From the NCBI GenBank assembly GCA_041497135.1, contig JBGQFX010000002.1:30355-94354 (forward strand): a stretch of 64,000 bases of DNA. The letters run 5' to 3'. Both the position numbers and the translations under genes were made by a program. Of the stretch, positions 45,609 through 55,646 are shown one piece after another; position 1 is the stretch's first letter, and the number at the start of each line of letters is the position of its first letter. The notes beneath the pieces are model-generated. The model made no database searches, was not told where the DNA came from, and saw only the letters and a list, made by a program, of their open reading frames with translations. This DNA is from Gemmatimonadota bacterium. Lineage in GTDB: Bacteria; Gemmatimonadota; Gemmatimonadetes; Gemmatimonadales; GWC2-71-9.

Positions 45609-48600
45609 GTTCGGCTCCCCTCCCCACCACCACATCGCCGGGAGCGCGCGCGACCTCGGCCACACCTCGTTCAGCGTCTCGCCCTCGTACAACCGGCCGT
45701 TCTTCATCACGTAGCGGATCGTGTTGCTGTTGTGGATGTCCTCCAGCGGATTGGCATCGAGCACGACGAGATCGGCGTACTTCCCCGGCTCGAGCGAGCC
45801 GAGGTCGGTGTCCATCCCGATGGCGCGCGCGCCGTCGATCGTGCCGATCCGGATCACCTCGAGTGGTGTGAGGCCGCCCGTGCTCATCGCCCACAGCTCC
45901 CAGTGACACCCGATGCCGTCCATCTCGCCGTGGCACCCCATGCCCACGTTGCCACCCGCGCGGAGGATCGTTCCCGCCGAGGCGGCGATACGATTGAAGA
46001 CGTACTGGTCGTCGCGGAACCACGCCCGGCGCTCGAAGCGCTCGTCCAACACGTCGTGCGGGACAAAGCGCCGCATCTTGGCGTCGCCGTGCCCGTTGTA
46101 GTGCTCGAAGAAATAGTCTTCACCGAACGGCCCGCCGTAGTTGACCAGCAGCGTCGGCGTGTAGGTGATGCCCGACTGGGCCGTCAACTGCACCGCGTCC
46201 TGGTACAAGGGCATCAACGGATAGCTGTGCTCGTGCCCAGGGTATCCGTCCAGCATCTCGGTCAGGTTCATCTTGAAATCGAGCCCGCCTTCGGTGGTGG
46301 GCATCAGGCCCAGCTCCCGGGCCGCCATGATCACCCACTGCCGCTGCTTGCGATTCCCCACCATGTACTGCTTGATCGTGTGAGTGTGGTAGAACTCGCT
46401 GTAGCGTCGCAGCGTATTCCGCGCGTCGTCCAGGCTCTGGAAGTTCTCGTCCCAGAAGACCCCCGGCCCGGTGTGATAGAGCCGCGGGCCGATCAGCTCC
46501 CCGGCCTCGATCTGGTCGGCGTAGGTGAGCACGTCCGTCGTCGCCGTCTGGGGATCGCGCACAGTAGTTATTCCCCAGGCGACGTTGGCGAGGTACTTCC
46601 ATACCTGCGTCTGATGCACGCCCCACGCCGCCCACGGGTGCGCGTGGACGTCCACCAGGCCAGGGATGATCGTCTTCCCCGTAACGTCGATGATGTGGGC
46701 GTTCGCCGGCACGCTGCCCCCGCCCTGGGGACCGACCCAGACGATCTTGTTGTCAGTGACCACCACGTCGCCGTGATCGATCACCTCGTCCCCCTTCATC
46801 GTGACGACCCGGGCCCCGCGCAAGACGACGGTGCCACGCGGAACGTCGCGGGATGTATGGATCACGACGTCGGTGCGCAGTCCTTCATAGGCCGGCAGTT
46901 TGGCGAGCGAATCGACTCGCGCCTTGGCCACCGAGTCGGGCTTCGGTTTGGTGCTGTCGGACTCCGCCTTCTTGAGCGAATCGGCCCGCACCGAATCCGT
47001 TGCCGTCTTCGCCTTCTCGGCCGAATCCGCCACGGCCGGATCCCAACGGAAAAAGCTCGCGCCGATGGACCAGATGGCGAGCTTGCCGTCGGCGCTCCAG
47101 CCGATGAAGTCGCCACCGATGCGCGTGAGCCGCTTGACGGGGAACGGCGCCGAGGACGGATCCGACACGTTGATGTTGGGCGTCTCGCCCCCGACCATGG
47201 GCAGCGTCACGCTGTACACGTTGTTGCCTTGCAAGGCGAGCACCCGATCGGTGTCGGGGCTGATGACGATCTCCGCAGCCGCGTCCGGCTCGGCGTTGGG
47301 CCCGGGATAGGTGTAACCGTTCACCTTGATGTGGGTGCGACGGTCCGTGCCGTCCCACCGCACGGAGACGAGCCCGTCGTTGCCGGCATAGTAGTAAATG
47401 CGATCGGTGTTGCGCGCGAACTGGGGACGTCCCCAGCCGTCGTAGGGCGTGATGCGCGTCGGCGCGCCACCCGCGGCGGGCACCCACACGAGATCGTAGC
47501 CCGGGCCGAAGCGCTCGTTGATGCGCGCCTGACGCGGCCCCTTCACCGCCACCACGCGCTGGCCGTCCGGAGACCAGACGGGCGTATCGAAGAACGCCGG
47601 GTCGGACACGAGACGCGCCCGCATCCGGCCGTCGGCGCGCACCTTCATCAGGGCGCCGCCCGTCGCGGACGTCCAGGTCACGTAGGCGACCCACTGTCCG
47701 TCAGGCGACCAGCCGGGCGCCTGCTCATGCACGGTGTCGTCGGTGAGCCGGCGCGGCGTGCCACCCGGGAGATCCAGGACGTACAGCTTGTCGAGCGCGC
47801 TGAACACGATGCGTTTGCCGTCGGGTGAGAGCTTCGTGTCGCGGATCTGCCGGACCTGCACCGCGCCGGTGTCCACGTGGTTCACGAAACGCACCAGCGG
47901 CCCCAGGCGCTGCTCCACGTGGGCCGTGAACGGAACCGGCGTGGCCTGGCCCGAAGCGATATCGATACGCCAGATCTTGCCGCCGTACGAAGTGATCAGC
48001 GCCTTGGAATCCGGGGTGAACGCGCTCCCGGGCTCGAGGTCACGCGTGAAGCGCGATTCCTGGTCGTCGCGGGTGACGGGATAGGCGAGCCATTTCTCGT
48101 CGCCGGTCGCGAGGTTGCGGAGCCGCAGTCCGGTTTCGGTGTCGTAGCGCGTGGCGTACACCAGCCATTTCCCGTCCGGCGACGGAATGGGCCGCATCGC
48201 ACTGCCGTACAGGTCGGTCTGCTCGAAGATCTTGCCCGTCTGGCGGTCGTAGATCGCCACCTGCCACAACGGGAAATTCAGATCGTAGCCGAAGCCGCCA
48301 CGGTGGCGGGATACCCACACGTACCGTGGGTCGGCGCCGAACGCCGCGCCCAGGGTGTTCCAGCCGGGGCCACGGAACGGGCCGCTTCCCGGGCCGCCCG
48401 CCGCCGCCTTGATCATCGCCGTCCCCGATCCGCCATCCTTGTGGTACAGCCACAGCTCGTACACGCTGCCCAGCACGCCCGTCGTGCGTGACGCGACGAT
48501 GTAGTTGCCGTCGGGAGTCCACTCGGGACTCGCGTACAGGTTGTTCCCGCCCTTGGTGAGCGTCTTCGGGCTCTTCCCGTCCGTGTCACAAGTCCAGATT

Positions 48601-48989
48601 TGCTCGGAGCCCGATCGATCCGAAAGGAACACGAGGTGTTTGCCGTCGGGCGAATAGCGCGGCTGCGAGTCGAACGACGGCCCGCCCGAGATCCGAGTGG
48701 CCGTGCCGCCGGCGATCGGCATCGTGTAGAGATCGCCCAGCAGCTCGAACACGATCGTCTGACCGTCGGGGGACAGGTCGAGCGACAACCACGTCGCTTC
48801 CGAGACGTCGAACGCCACGGTGCGGGTCGGCGTGAGCGGGAGCGAGTCGTTCTTCTTGGTCGTGTCCTTGGTGCTGTCGCGACCGGTATCCGCCGCCCAA
48901 TGGGTGGCCGCCAGCGCCGGGCGCGGCGTGGGCACCCGAAGCAGGGGAACGACGGCCACCAGAACCGTCGCAGTCAGCACTCGGCGCAT
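45597..48989 (-). CDS. secreted TolB-like (PD40/WD40 beta-propeller) + amidohydrolase fusion protein
   Basis: 1130 aa. Signal peptide, many PD40-type repeats (SPDG...) and a C-terminal amidohydrolase (VDVHAHPW ... GCHGE). Confidence 0.9.
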   Translation of the reverse strand: MRRVLTATVLVAVVPLLRVPTPRPALAATHWAADTGRDSTKDTTKKNDSLPLTPTRTVAFDVSEATWLSLDLSPDGQTIVFELLGDLYTMPIAGGTATRISGGPSFDSQPRYSPDGKHLVFLSDRSGSEQIWTCDTDGKSPKTLTKGGNNLYASPEWTPDGNYIVASRTTGVLGSVYELWLYHKDGGSGTAMIKAAAGGPGSGPFRGPGWNTLGAAFGADPRYVWVSRHRGGFGYDLNFPLWQVAIYDRQTGKIFEQTDLYGSAMRPIPSPDGKWLVYATRYDTETGLRLRNLATGDEKWLAYPVTRDDQESRFTRDLEPGSAFTPDSKALITSYGGKIWRIDIASGQATPVPFTAHVEQRLGPLVRFVNHVDTGAVQVRQIRDTKLSPDGKRIVFSALDKLYVLDLPGGTPRRLTDDTVHEQAPGWSPDGQWVAYVTWTSATGGALMKVRADGRMRARLVSDPAFFDTPVWSPDGQRVVAVKGPRQARINERFGPGYDLVWVPAAGGAPTRITPYDGWGRPQFARNTDRIYYYAGNDGLVSVRWDGTDRRTHIKVNGYTYPGPNAEPDAAAEIVISPDTDRVLALQGNNVYSVTLPMVGGETPNINVSDPSSAPFPVKRLTRIGGDFIGWSADGKLAIWSIGASFFRWDPAVADSAEKAKTATDSVRADSLKKAESDSTKPKPDSVAKARVDSLAKLPAYEGLRTDVVIHTSRDVPRGTVVLRGARVVTMKGDEVIDHGDVVVTDNKIVWVGPQGGGSVPANAHIIDVTGKTIIPGLVDVHAHPWAAWGVHQTQVWKYLANVAWGITTVRDPQTATTDVLTYADQIEAGELIGPRLYHTGPGVFWDENFQSLDDARNTLRRYSEFYHTHTIKQYMVGNRKQRQWVIMAARELGLMPTTEGGLDFKMNLTEMLDGYPGHEHSYPLMPLYQDAVQLTAQSGITYTPTLLVNYGGPFGEDYFFEHYNGHGDAKMRRFVPHDVLDERFERRAWFRDDQYVFNRIAASAGTILRAGGNVGMGCHGEMDGIGCHWELWAMSTGGLTPLEVIRIGTIDGARAIGMDTDLGSLEPGKYADLVVLDANPLEDIHNSNTIRYVMKNGRLYEGETLNEVWPRSRALPAMWWWGGEPNGVK

Positions 48990-49032
48990 AGGAACTCCCA
49001 GATTGGAAGAATGACGGACGAACGCAGAAACT

Positions 49033-49144
49033 GAAGGCGTATGGAGAAGGCGTCAAGCGAAAGGCGTATGGAAGAACCGTATGGACGTAAGCAGTGTACG
49101 GTTCCTCCCTACGTTTCAACCCCCTACGCCATTCTCCCTACGTC
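49033..49144. repeat. family B palindrome (B4)
   Basis: Left arm: GAAGGCGTATGGA GAAGGCGTCAAGC GAAAGGCGTATGGAA GAACCGTATGGAC. Loop: gtaagcagtgtacgg. Right arm: TTCCTCCCTACGT TTCAACCCCCTACGCC ATTCTCCCTACGTC. It lies between the SURF1 stop (49124, inside the right arm) and the start of the TolB-amidohydrolase gene (48989). Confidence 0.75.
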
Positions 49145-49813
49145 GTTCTCTTCGCGAGCTCTCTTCCTGAGCAACGCCGCCGTCCCCACCACCGCAATCC
49201 CCGCAAAACTGAACCACTGGATCGCGTACGACAGGTGGGGCCCGTCGTCGAGCGGCGGGGTGCGCCATCGCGCCAGCCCTGCCGGATGCGCGGCGGCGGT
49301 GTCGTCGAGCTGGATCACGATCGGCAGCACCGCATAGGGCAGCGAATCGCGCAGCCGGGCCGGATCGACATCACCCCGGTCGCGCGGCGCCAGCAGCGCA
49401 AGCCCGGCGATGGCGACGCTATCCCCTTCGCGATAGCGTGTCGCGTCGATGTGGCGGGCGTCGGCGGACGGCACCCAGCCGCGATCCACGAACACCGCCG
49501 ACCCGTCGGCCAGGCGAAGCGGGGTCAAGAGCGCCACACCCGGCGCGCCATGATAGGTGCGACCCGCCCACACCCGCTCGTGCGCGTAGTCGTAAACGCC
49601 GAGCGCCGTGGCGCGCCGGTCGCGCAAGGCATCGGGGTCGAGGTGCGCCGTCGGGAGCACGACCGGCGACAGCGCGCGAGCCGCCGCGATCTCGGCGTTC
49701 CGAGCGCGTCGCTCCTGCAGCCGATGCAGCTGCCAGAACCCGAGCCGGACGAAGAGCGCGGCCAGCGACAACGCCACGGCCGCGCCGAGCAGATCGCGCC
49801 AGCGCAGCCTCAC
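49124..49813 (-). CDS. SURF1-family (cytochrome oxidase assembly) protein
   Basis: 229 aa. N- and C-terminal TM helices. WQLHRLQERR and YAIQWFSFA are SURF1 signatures. The GTG start forms a GTGA overlap with the GIY-YIG stop. Confidence 0.85.
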   Translation of the reverse strand: MRLRWRDLLGAAVALSLAALFVRLGFWQLHRLQERRARNAEIAAARALSPVVLPTAHLDPDALRDRRATALGVYDYAHERVWAGRTYHGAPGVALLTPLRLADGSAVFVDRGWVPSADARHIDATRYREGDSVAIAGLALLAPRDRGDVDPARLRDSLPYAVLPIVIQLDDTAAAHPAGLARWRTPPLDDGPHLSYAIQWFSFAGIAVVGTAALLRKRAREENDVGRMA

Positions 49814-50076
49814 GGCCCAACCTGCACAAGTCGGAGTTTCGCCGCTCTCGGCAGCCGCTTGATCTCAGCCTCCCGCCGCAGCGCCGCCCCGCGACTCGCA
49901 CGCGGCTCGCGGTATACGACGCGCACCGGCAGCCGGGAGCGCGTGTAGGCACTCCCCTTTCCCGTGCGGTGTGCCGCCAGCCGCCGCTCGAGATCGTTGG
50001 TCACACCGGTGTAGAGGGAGCCGTCACGGCAACGCAGCATGTAGACGAGCCACGCCTTTACTTTCCAACCTTCCAA
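49810..50076 (-). CDS. GIY-YIG nuclease-family small protein (UPF0213-like)
   Basis: WLVYMLRCRDGSLYTGVTNDLERRLAAHRTGKGSAYTRSRLPVRVVYRE...REAEIKRLPRAAKL is the canonical GIY-YIG core. The start is uncertain: the first in-frame start upstream of the beta-1 strand is TTG 50076, inside the octamer repeat, and the next ATG (50040) would truncate the fold. Confidence 0.78.
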   Translation of the reverse strand: MEGWKVKAWLVYMLRCRDGSLYTGVTNDLERRLAAHRTGKGSAYTRSRLPVRVVYREPRASRGAALRREAEIKRLPRAAKLRLVQVGP

Positions 50077-50088
50077 CCTTCCAACCTG
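50061..50088. repeat. family A half-palindrome (three octamer units) at the 5' end of the GIY-YIG gene
   Basis: ctttccaa ccttccaa ccttccaa cctg, which is GGTTGGAA x3 on the gene strand. I found no complementary arm. Confidence 0.8.
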
Positions 50089-50090
50089 CT

Positions 50091-51377
<1,287 letters not shown>

Positions 51378-51414
51378 GGCGTGAAACTAGCGAGCGTGCG
51401 CGGCAGGCGCCATT

Positions 51415-52674
51415 TTGCGCGCCGTGAGCACCACCTCCTCACCTGTTCCCGGACACCCGCTCGATCGCCGCCGGGTCCTCGCGTGGTGCCTCTACGACTT
51501 CGCGAATTCCTCCTACTCCGCCGTCATCATCGCGACGGTGTTCAGCGTCTACTTTGCCCGGGTCCTGGTCGGCAACGAGACCGGGCGCGGCGATCAGCTG
51601 TGGGGTTGGGCCGTGTCGACGTCGATGGTGATCGTGGCGCTCACCGCGCCGGTACTGGGCGCCGTCGCGGACCGCGCCGGCGTGCGCAAGCGCATGCTGG
51701 CGGCGTTCACGGGCCTCTGCATCATCTGCGTCGCCTTGTTCGGGACCATCCGGCCCGGAATGATCTGGTGGGGATTCGCGCTCGCGGTGCTGGCCAACGT
51801 CGGGTTCGAAGGCGCCCTGGTCTATTACAACGCGTACCTGCCGGACATCGCTCCACCGGAGCACCGAGGGTACGTCTCCGGACTGGGATATGGGATCGGG
51901 TACGCCGGCTCCGCGCTGGGGTTGCTGATCGCCCTGCCGCTCGTGAAAGCCGGACGCTACGATCTCACGTGGCTCACGGTTGCCCTCTTCTTCGTCCTGT
52001 TTTCCATTCCCTTGTTCCGGACCATGCCGCCGGATGCCGGAAGCGCGGTTCCCGTGCGCCGGGCGGCCCTGGACGGCGTATTGCACTTCCGGCGCTTGCT
52101 CAACGACGTGCTGGGCATGCCGGACCTGCGTCGCTTCCTCGCCGCATTCTTCATCTATATCGACGGCGTCGAGACGACGATTTTCTTCGCGAGCATCTAT
52201 GCCGCGACCACACTCGGCTTCACGCCGGGACGGCTCATCTTGATGTTTCTCGCCGTCCAGCTCTCCGCCCTGGCGGGAGCCATGGCTCTGGCCCGCCCGA
52301 TCGACCGCTGGGGGCCGAAGCGCGTGATCGACCTGTCGCTCGTGGTCTGGGTGGTGGTAGCGATCGCCGCGGCGCTGATCCGCACCCAGGCGGCCTTCTT
52401 CGTCCTGGCCGTGATCGCGGGCACTCAGCTGGGGACGGTTCAGGCTGCGAGTCGCGCCCTCATGGCCGGGTTGATCCCCAAAGGCAAGGAAGCGGAGATG
52501 TTCGGTTTTTATGCCGTGGTGGGCAAATCCTCGGCGGTGCTCGGGCCGATCGTGTTCGGCACGGTGTCGCACGCGCTGGGGGGAAACCAGCGCGCCGCCG
52601 TGCTGGCCGTCGGCGCATTTTTCGTCGTGGGGCTCGTGCTCCTGCAGCGCGTCAGGGCTCCAAGGTCGCCTTGA
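51415..52674 (+). CDS. MFS transporter (UMF1/Atg22-like family)
   Basis: 419 aa. LAWCLYDFANSSYSAVI N-terminus typical of UMF1. 12 TM. Confidence 0.82.
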   Translation: MRAVSTTSSPVPGHPLDRRRVLAWCLYDFANSSYSAVIIATVFSVYFARVLVGNETGRGDQLWGWAVSTSMVIVALTAPVLGAVADRAGVRKRMLAAFTGLCIICVALFGTIRPGMIWWGFALAVLANVGFEGALVYYNAYLPDIAPPEHRGYVSGLGYGIGYAGSALGLLIALPLVKAGRYDLTWLTVALFFVLFSIPLFRTMPPDAGSAVPVRRAALDGVLHFRRLLNDVLGMPDLRRFLAAFFIYIDGVETTIFFASIYAATTLGFTPGRLILMFLAVQLSALAGAMALARPIDRWGPKRVIDLSLVVWVVVAIAAALIRTQAAFFVLAVIAGTQLGTVQAASRALMAGLIPKGKEAEMFGFYAVVGKSSAVLGPIVFGTVSHALGGNQRAAVLAVGAFFVVGLVLLQRVRAPRSP

Positions 52675-53083
52675 TCATGATCTGGACGTTACCCTTCAGC
52701 GCCCGGGACACCGGGCAGGTATCGCGGGCCGTTTCCGCAGCCTTCAGAAACCCGGCCTGATCGAGCCCCGCCACCTTGCCCCGGACGGTGATGGCCATCG
52801 TGGTGATGGTGGGCGCGCCGTTCACGGGCTCGATGGTGCAGGCGGCGTCGGCTTCGATCCGCGTGACCGGCGTTCCCGCCTTCTCGAGATTGGCCGACAG
52901 CGCCATGGCGAGACACGAGGCCTGGGCGCCCGCGATCAGCTCCTCGGGCGTGGCGCCCTTGGCGCTCTCGAACCGAGTCTGAAAGGAATACGGCGCGGCG
53001 AAGGCGCCGCTCGACGAGCGGAAGCTTCCGTGTCCGTCCTTGAGCTTGCCTTCCCAAACCGCACTGGCCCGACTGGTCGTCAT
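52652..53083 (-). CDS. OsmC-family peroxiredoxin
   Basis: 143 aa from ATG 53083. AVWEGKLKDGHGS, PEELIAGAQASCLAMAL and DTCPVSRAL (the two conserved Cys). Confidence 0.88.
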   Translation of the reverse strand: MTTSRASAVWEGKLKDGHGSFRSSSGAFAAPYSFQTRFESAKGATPEELIAGAQASCLAMALSANLEKAGTPVTRIEADAACTIEPVNGAPTITTMAITVRGKVAGLDQAGFLKAAETARDTCPVSRALKGNVQIMIKATLEP

Positions 53084-53179
53084 GCACTGCTCCGGAGTGT
53101 GATGGGGCAACCGCAATCTGGCGAGCCGAGGCACGAGGCGCTACGCTATCAGCCCAACTCTTGCCCCGGAGATCCGCTC

Positions 53180-53635
53180 ATGGTCACGTCGCGTCGCAAG
53201 AAGCGCCCAGCAAAGAGGGCGAAACCGCGCCCCAAACGCCGCAAGCCGGAAACCCTGCGTACCCGGGCCATTACCCCCTCGTTCACGGTGAACGATCTGC
53301 ACCGCAGCATCGCCTGGTACGAAGGCGTCCTCGGATTCGTGATCGCGGACCGCTGGGAGATGGGCGGCACGCTCATGGGGGTCGAGTTGAAAGCCGGCGC
53401 CACACGACTCATGATCGGTCAGGATGACTTCGCCAAGGGCCGCGACCGCCAGAAGGGAGTGGGCATGCGCCTGTATCTGGACACGACCCAGGACCTCGAT
53501 CGTCTGGCGGGGGACATTACAGCCCGCGGTGGCGTGCTCGCCGCGCCCCCGAAGGTGCAGTCCTGGGGCGACAAGACCTTCGACGTCACCGACCCCGACG
53601 GGTTCCATCTGACGTTCGTGCGGCGCAAGCGCTGA
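53180..53635 (+). CDS. VOC (glyoxalase/bleomycin-resistance) family protein with basic N-terminal tail
   Basis: 151 aa from ATG 53180. TVNDLHRSIAWYEGVLGF...DPDGFHLTF. Confidence 0.8.
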   Translation: MVTSRRKKRPAKRAKPRPKRRKPETLRTRAITPSFTVNDLHRSIAWYEGVLGFVIADRWEMGGTLMGVELKAGATRLMIGQDDFAKGRDRQKGVGMRLYLDTTQDLDRLAGDITARGGVLAAPPKVQSWGDKTFDVTDPDGFHLTFVRRKR

Positions 53636-53638
53636 CGC

Positions 53639-55576
53639 ATGGATCGGGCGCTCGTGCTGCGTGCGCTCGCGGACACGCTCGTGCCCGGGAGCGAGGTCGT
53701 CCGCCTGGCCGACCACATGGACGAGACCATCGCGTCCCTGCCTCACCGGGCCGACCGGGAGGAGCTGACGCGACTGCTGGGACTGCTGGAGAGCCGGACC
53801 GTCAACGCCCTGCTCGCCGGCATCCCGCGTCCGTTCACCGCGATGTCGACGGCGGAGCGCGAGCGCTTCCTGCGCGGGTGGGCCACGAGCCGGCTGCCGC
53901 TGCGTCGCAAGGCGTTCCAGGCGCTGAAGCGGATGGCGACGGTCATCTACTACACGGCCCGCGACGCGAGCGGCCGGTCCAATCCGTCCTGGCCACGCCT
54001 CGGCTACCCCGGGCCGCTCGGGCCGCCCCCCGCGACGCCGAAGCGCCTCCGCCCGCTCGAGATCACGCAGGATGAGACGCTCCAGTGCGACGTGGTGGTC
54101 GTCGGCTCGGGCGCGGGCGGAGGCGTCGTCGCGGGCGAGCTCGCGGCGCGCGGGCTGGACGTCGTGGTGCTCGAGCGCGGCGGCTACTACAACGAGTCGG
54201 ACTTCACGCAGTATGAAGGGGAGATGCTGGCCCGGTTGTACGACGCGGGCGGCCTCCTCACCTCCGACGACCTCGGCCTGGTGATCCTCCAGGGCAGCTG
54301 CCTCGGGGGCGGGACGGTCGTGAATTACACCACGAGCTTCCACACGCCGGACCACGTCCGCCAGCAATGGGCGCGTGAGCACGACCTGCCGCACTTCACG
54401 AGCTCGGAGTTCACTGACTCGCTCGACGCCGTGGCCCAACGCATCGGCGTGAACACGGACCAGAATCGACCCAGCGCGCGCGACGCCGTCCTGATCCGCG
54501 GCCTCGAGGCCCTTGGATGGCACCACGGGTTGCTGCCGCGCGACGTGCGCGGGTGCTCCCAGGGAGACGATTGCGGCTACTGCGGCTACGGCTGCCGCCG
54601 CGGGGCCAAACAGTCCACGCTGCTCACCTATCTCCAGGACGCCGCCGACCGTGGCGCCCGGATCATCGTGAATGCCTATGTCGACCGGGTGGCGATTGAG
54701 TGGGGTCGAGCGACCGGGGTGGCGGCCATCGTGCATTCGCCACACGGCGCGCGACCGTATTCGGTCGCGGTGCGGGCCAAGGCGGTCGTCGTCGCTGGCG
54801 GGGCGATCCATTCTCCCGCCCTGCTGCTGCGCTCGGGAGTGCGCAACGCGGCGTTGGGCCACCATCTCGCGTTGCATCCGGCGACGGCCGTCTTCGGATT
54901 GATGGACGAAGCCACGCGCCCGTGGACCGGAACGGTGCAAGCGCACTACTCGGACCAGTTCGCGGACCTGGATTCGGGGTTCGGGTTCAAGTTCGAGACC
55001 GCACCGCTCCACCCCTCGCTGTTCGCCCTGGCGACGCCCTGGGAATCCGGCGCCCAACACGCGGAGGCCATGGCGCGTCTCGCGCACACCGCCCTGGTAG
55101 GAGTTCTGTTGCGCGACCGGGACGGCGGACATGTGCGACTGGACGCCGACGGCCAGCCGGTCGTGTCCTACGGCTTGTCCCGCTACGACGCCAAGCATCT
55201 GCGACGCGGTCTCATCGAGGCGGCCAGGCTGCTCGAGGCCGCCGGCGCGAAGGAGATCTGGGCCACCCAGCCGAGCTGGCTTGGCTACCGACCGGCCGGC
55301 AACGGCGCCGCCCGCGACCGCTGGGTCGAAGCGGTGGACCAGGTGGGGTTCGGGCCGAACCAGCTGCTGCTCGCGACGTTCCACCAGATGGCTTCGTGCC
55401 GCATGGGTGGGAATGCGAAGGACTCGGTGGTGACGCCCGAGAACCAGGTGTGGGGTATTCCCGGTCTCTACGTCGCGGATGCGAGCACGTTCCCTTCGTC
55501 ATCGGGCGTGAATCCGATGCTGACGGTGATGGGGATCGCGCATCGGGCGGCGGGAGTGATTGCATCAAGAACGTAA
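53639..55576 (+). CDS. GMC-family FAD oxidoreductase (long-chain alcohol oxidase-like)
   Basis: 645 aa. DVVVVGSGAGGGVVAGELA and a C-terminal GMC_oxred_C with HQMASCRMG. Confidence 0.9.
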   Translation: MDRALVLRALADTLVPGSEVVRLADHMDETIASLPHRADREELTRLLGLLESRTVNALLAGIPRPFTAMSTAERERFLRGWATSRLPLRRKAFQALKRMATVIYYTARDASGRSNPSWPRLGYPGPLGPPPATPKRLRPLEITQDETLQCDVVVVGSGAGGGVVAGELAARGLDVVVLERGGYYNESDFTQYEGEMLARLYDAGGLLTSDDLGLVILQGSCLGGGTVVNYTTSFHTPDHVRQQWAREHDLPHFTSSEFTDSLDAVAQRIGVNTDQNRPSARDAVLIRGLEALGWHHGLLPRDVRGCSQGDDCGYCGYGCRRGAKQSTLLTYLQDAADRGARIIVNAYVDRVAIEWGRATGVAAIVHSPHGARPYSVAVRAKAVVVAGGAIHSPALLLRSGVRNAALGHHLALHPATAVFGLMDEATRPWTGTVQAHYSDQFADLDSGFGFKFETAPLHPSLFALATPWESGAQHAEAMARLAHTALVGVLLRDRDGGHVRLDADGQPVVSYGLSRYDAKHLRRGLIEAARLLEAAGAKEIWATQPSWLGYRPAGNGAARDRWVEAVDQVGFGPNQLLLATFHQMASCRMGGNAKDSVVTPENQVWGIPGLYVADASTFPSSSGVNPMLTVMGIAHRAAGVIASRT

Positions 55577-55629
55577 ACGGTCATCGGTCGTCGGTAGTTA
55601 CCGATTACCGCGTACCGATGACCGTTTAC
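55573..55629. repeat. family C palindrome (C1): heptamer CGGTCAT/ATGACCG units
   Basis: GTAAACGGTCATCGGT (55573-55588) is perfectly complementary to ACCGATGACCGTTTAC (55614-55629), giving 16 bp. An inner TCGGTA-gt-TACCGA stem is also present. The left arm contains the GMC stop codon. AGGAG and ATG 55647 of the M1 peptidase follow. Confidence 0.85.
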
Positions 55630-55646
55630 TCTCATAGGAGCTCCGC

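Noticed and set aside
54521-54536. TGGCACCACGGGTTGC sigma54-like match
   Set aside because: The spacing is off by one, and it lies deep inside the GMC oxidoreductase coding sequence with no downstream start.
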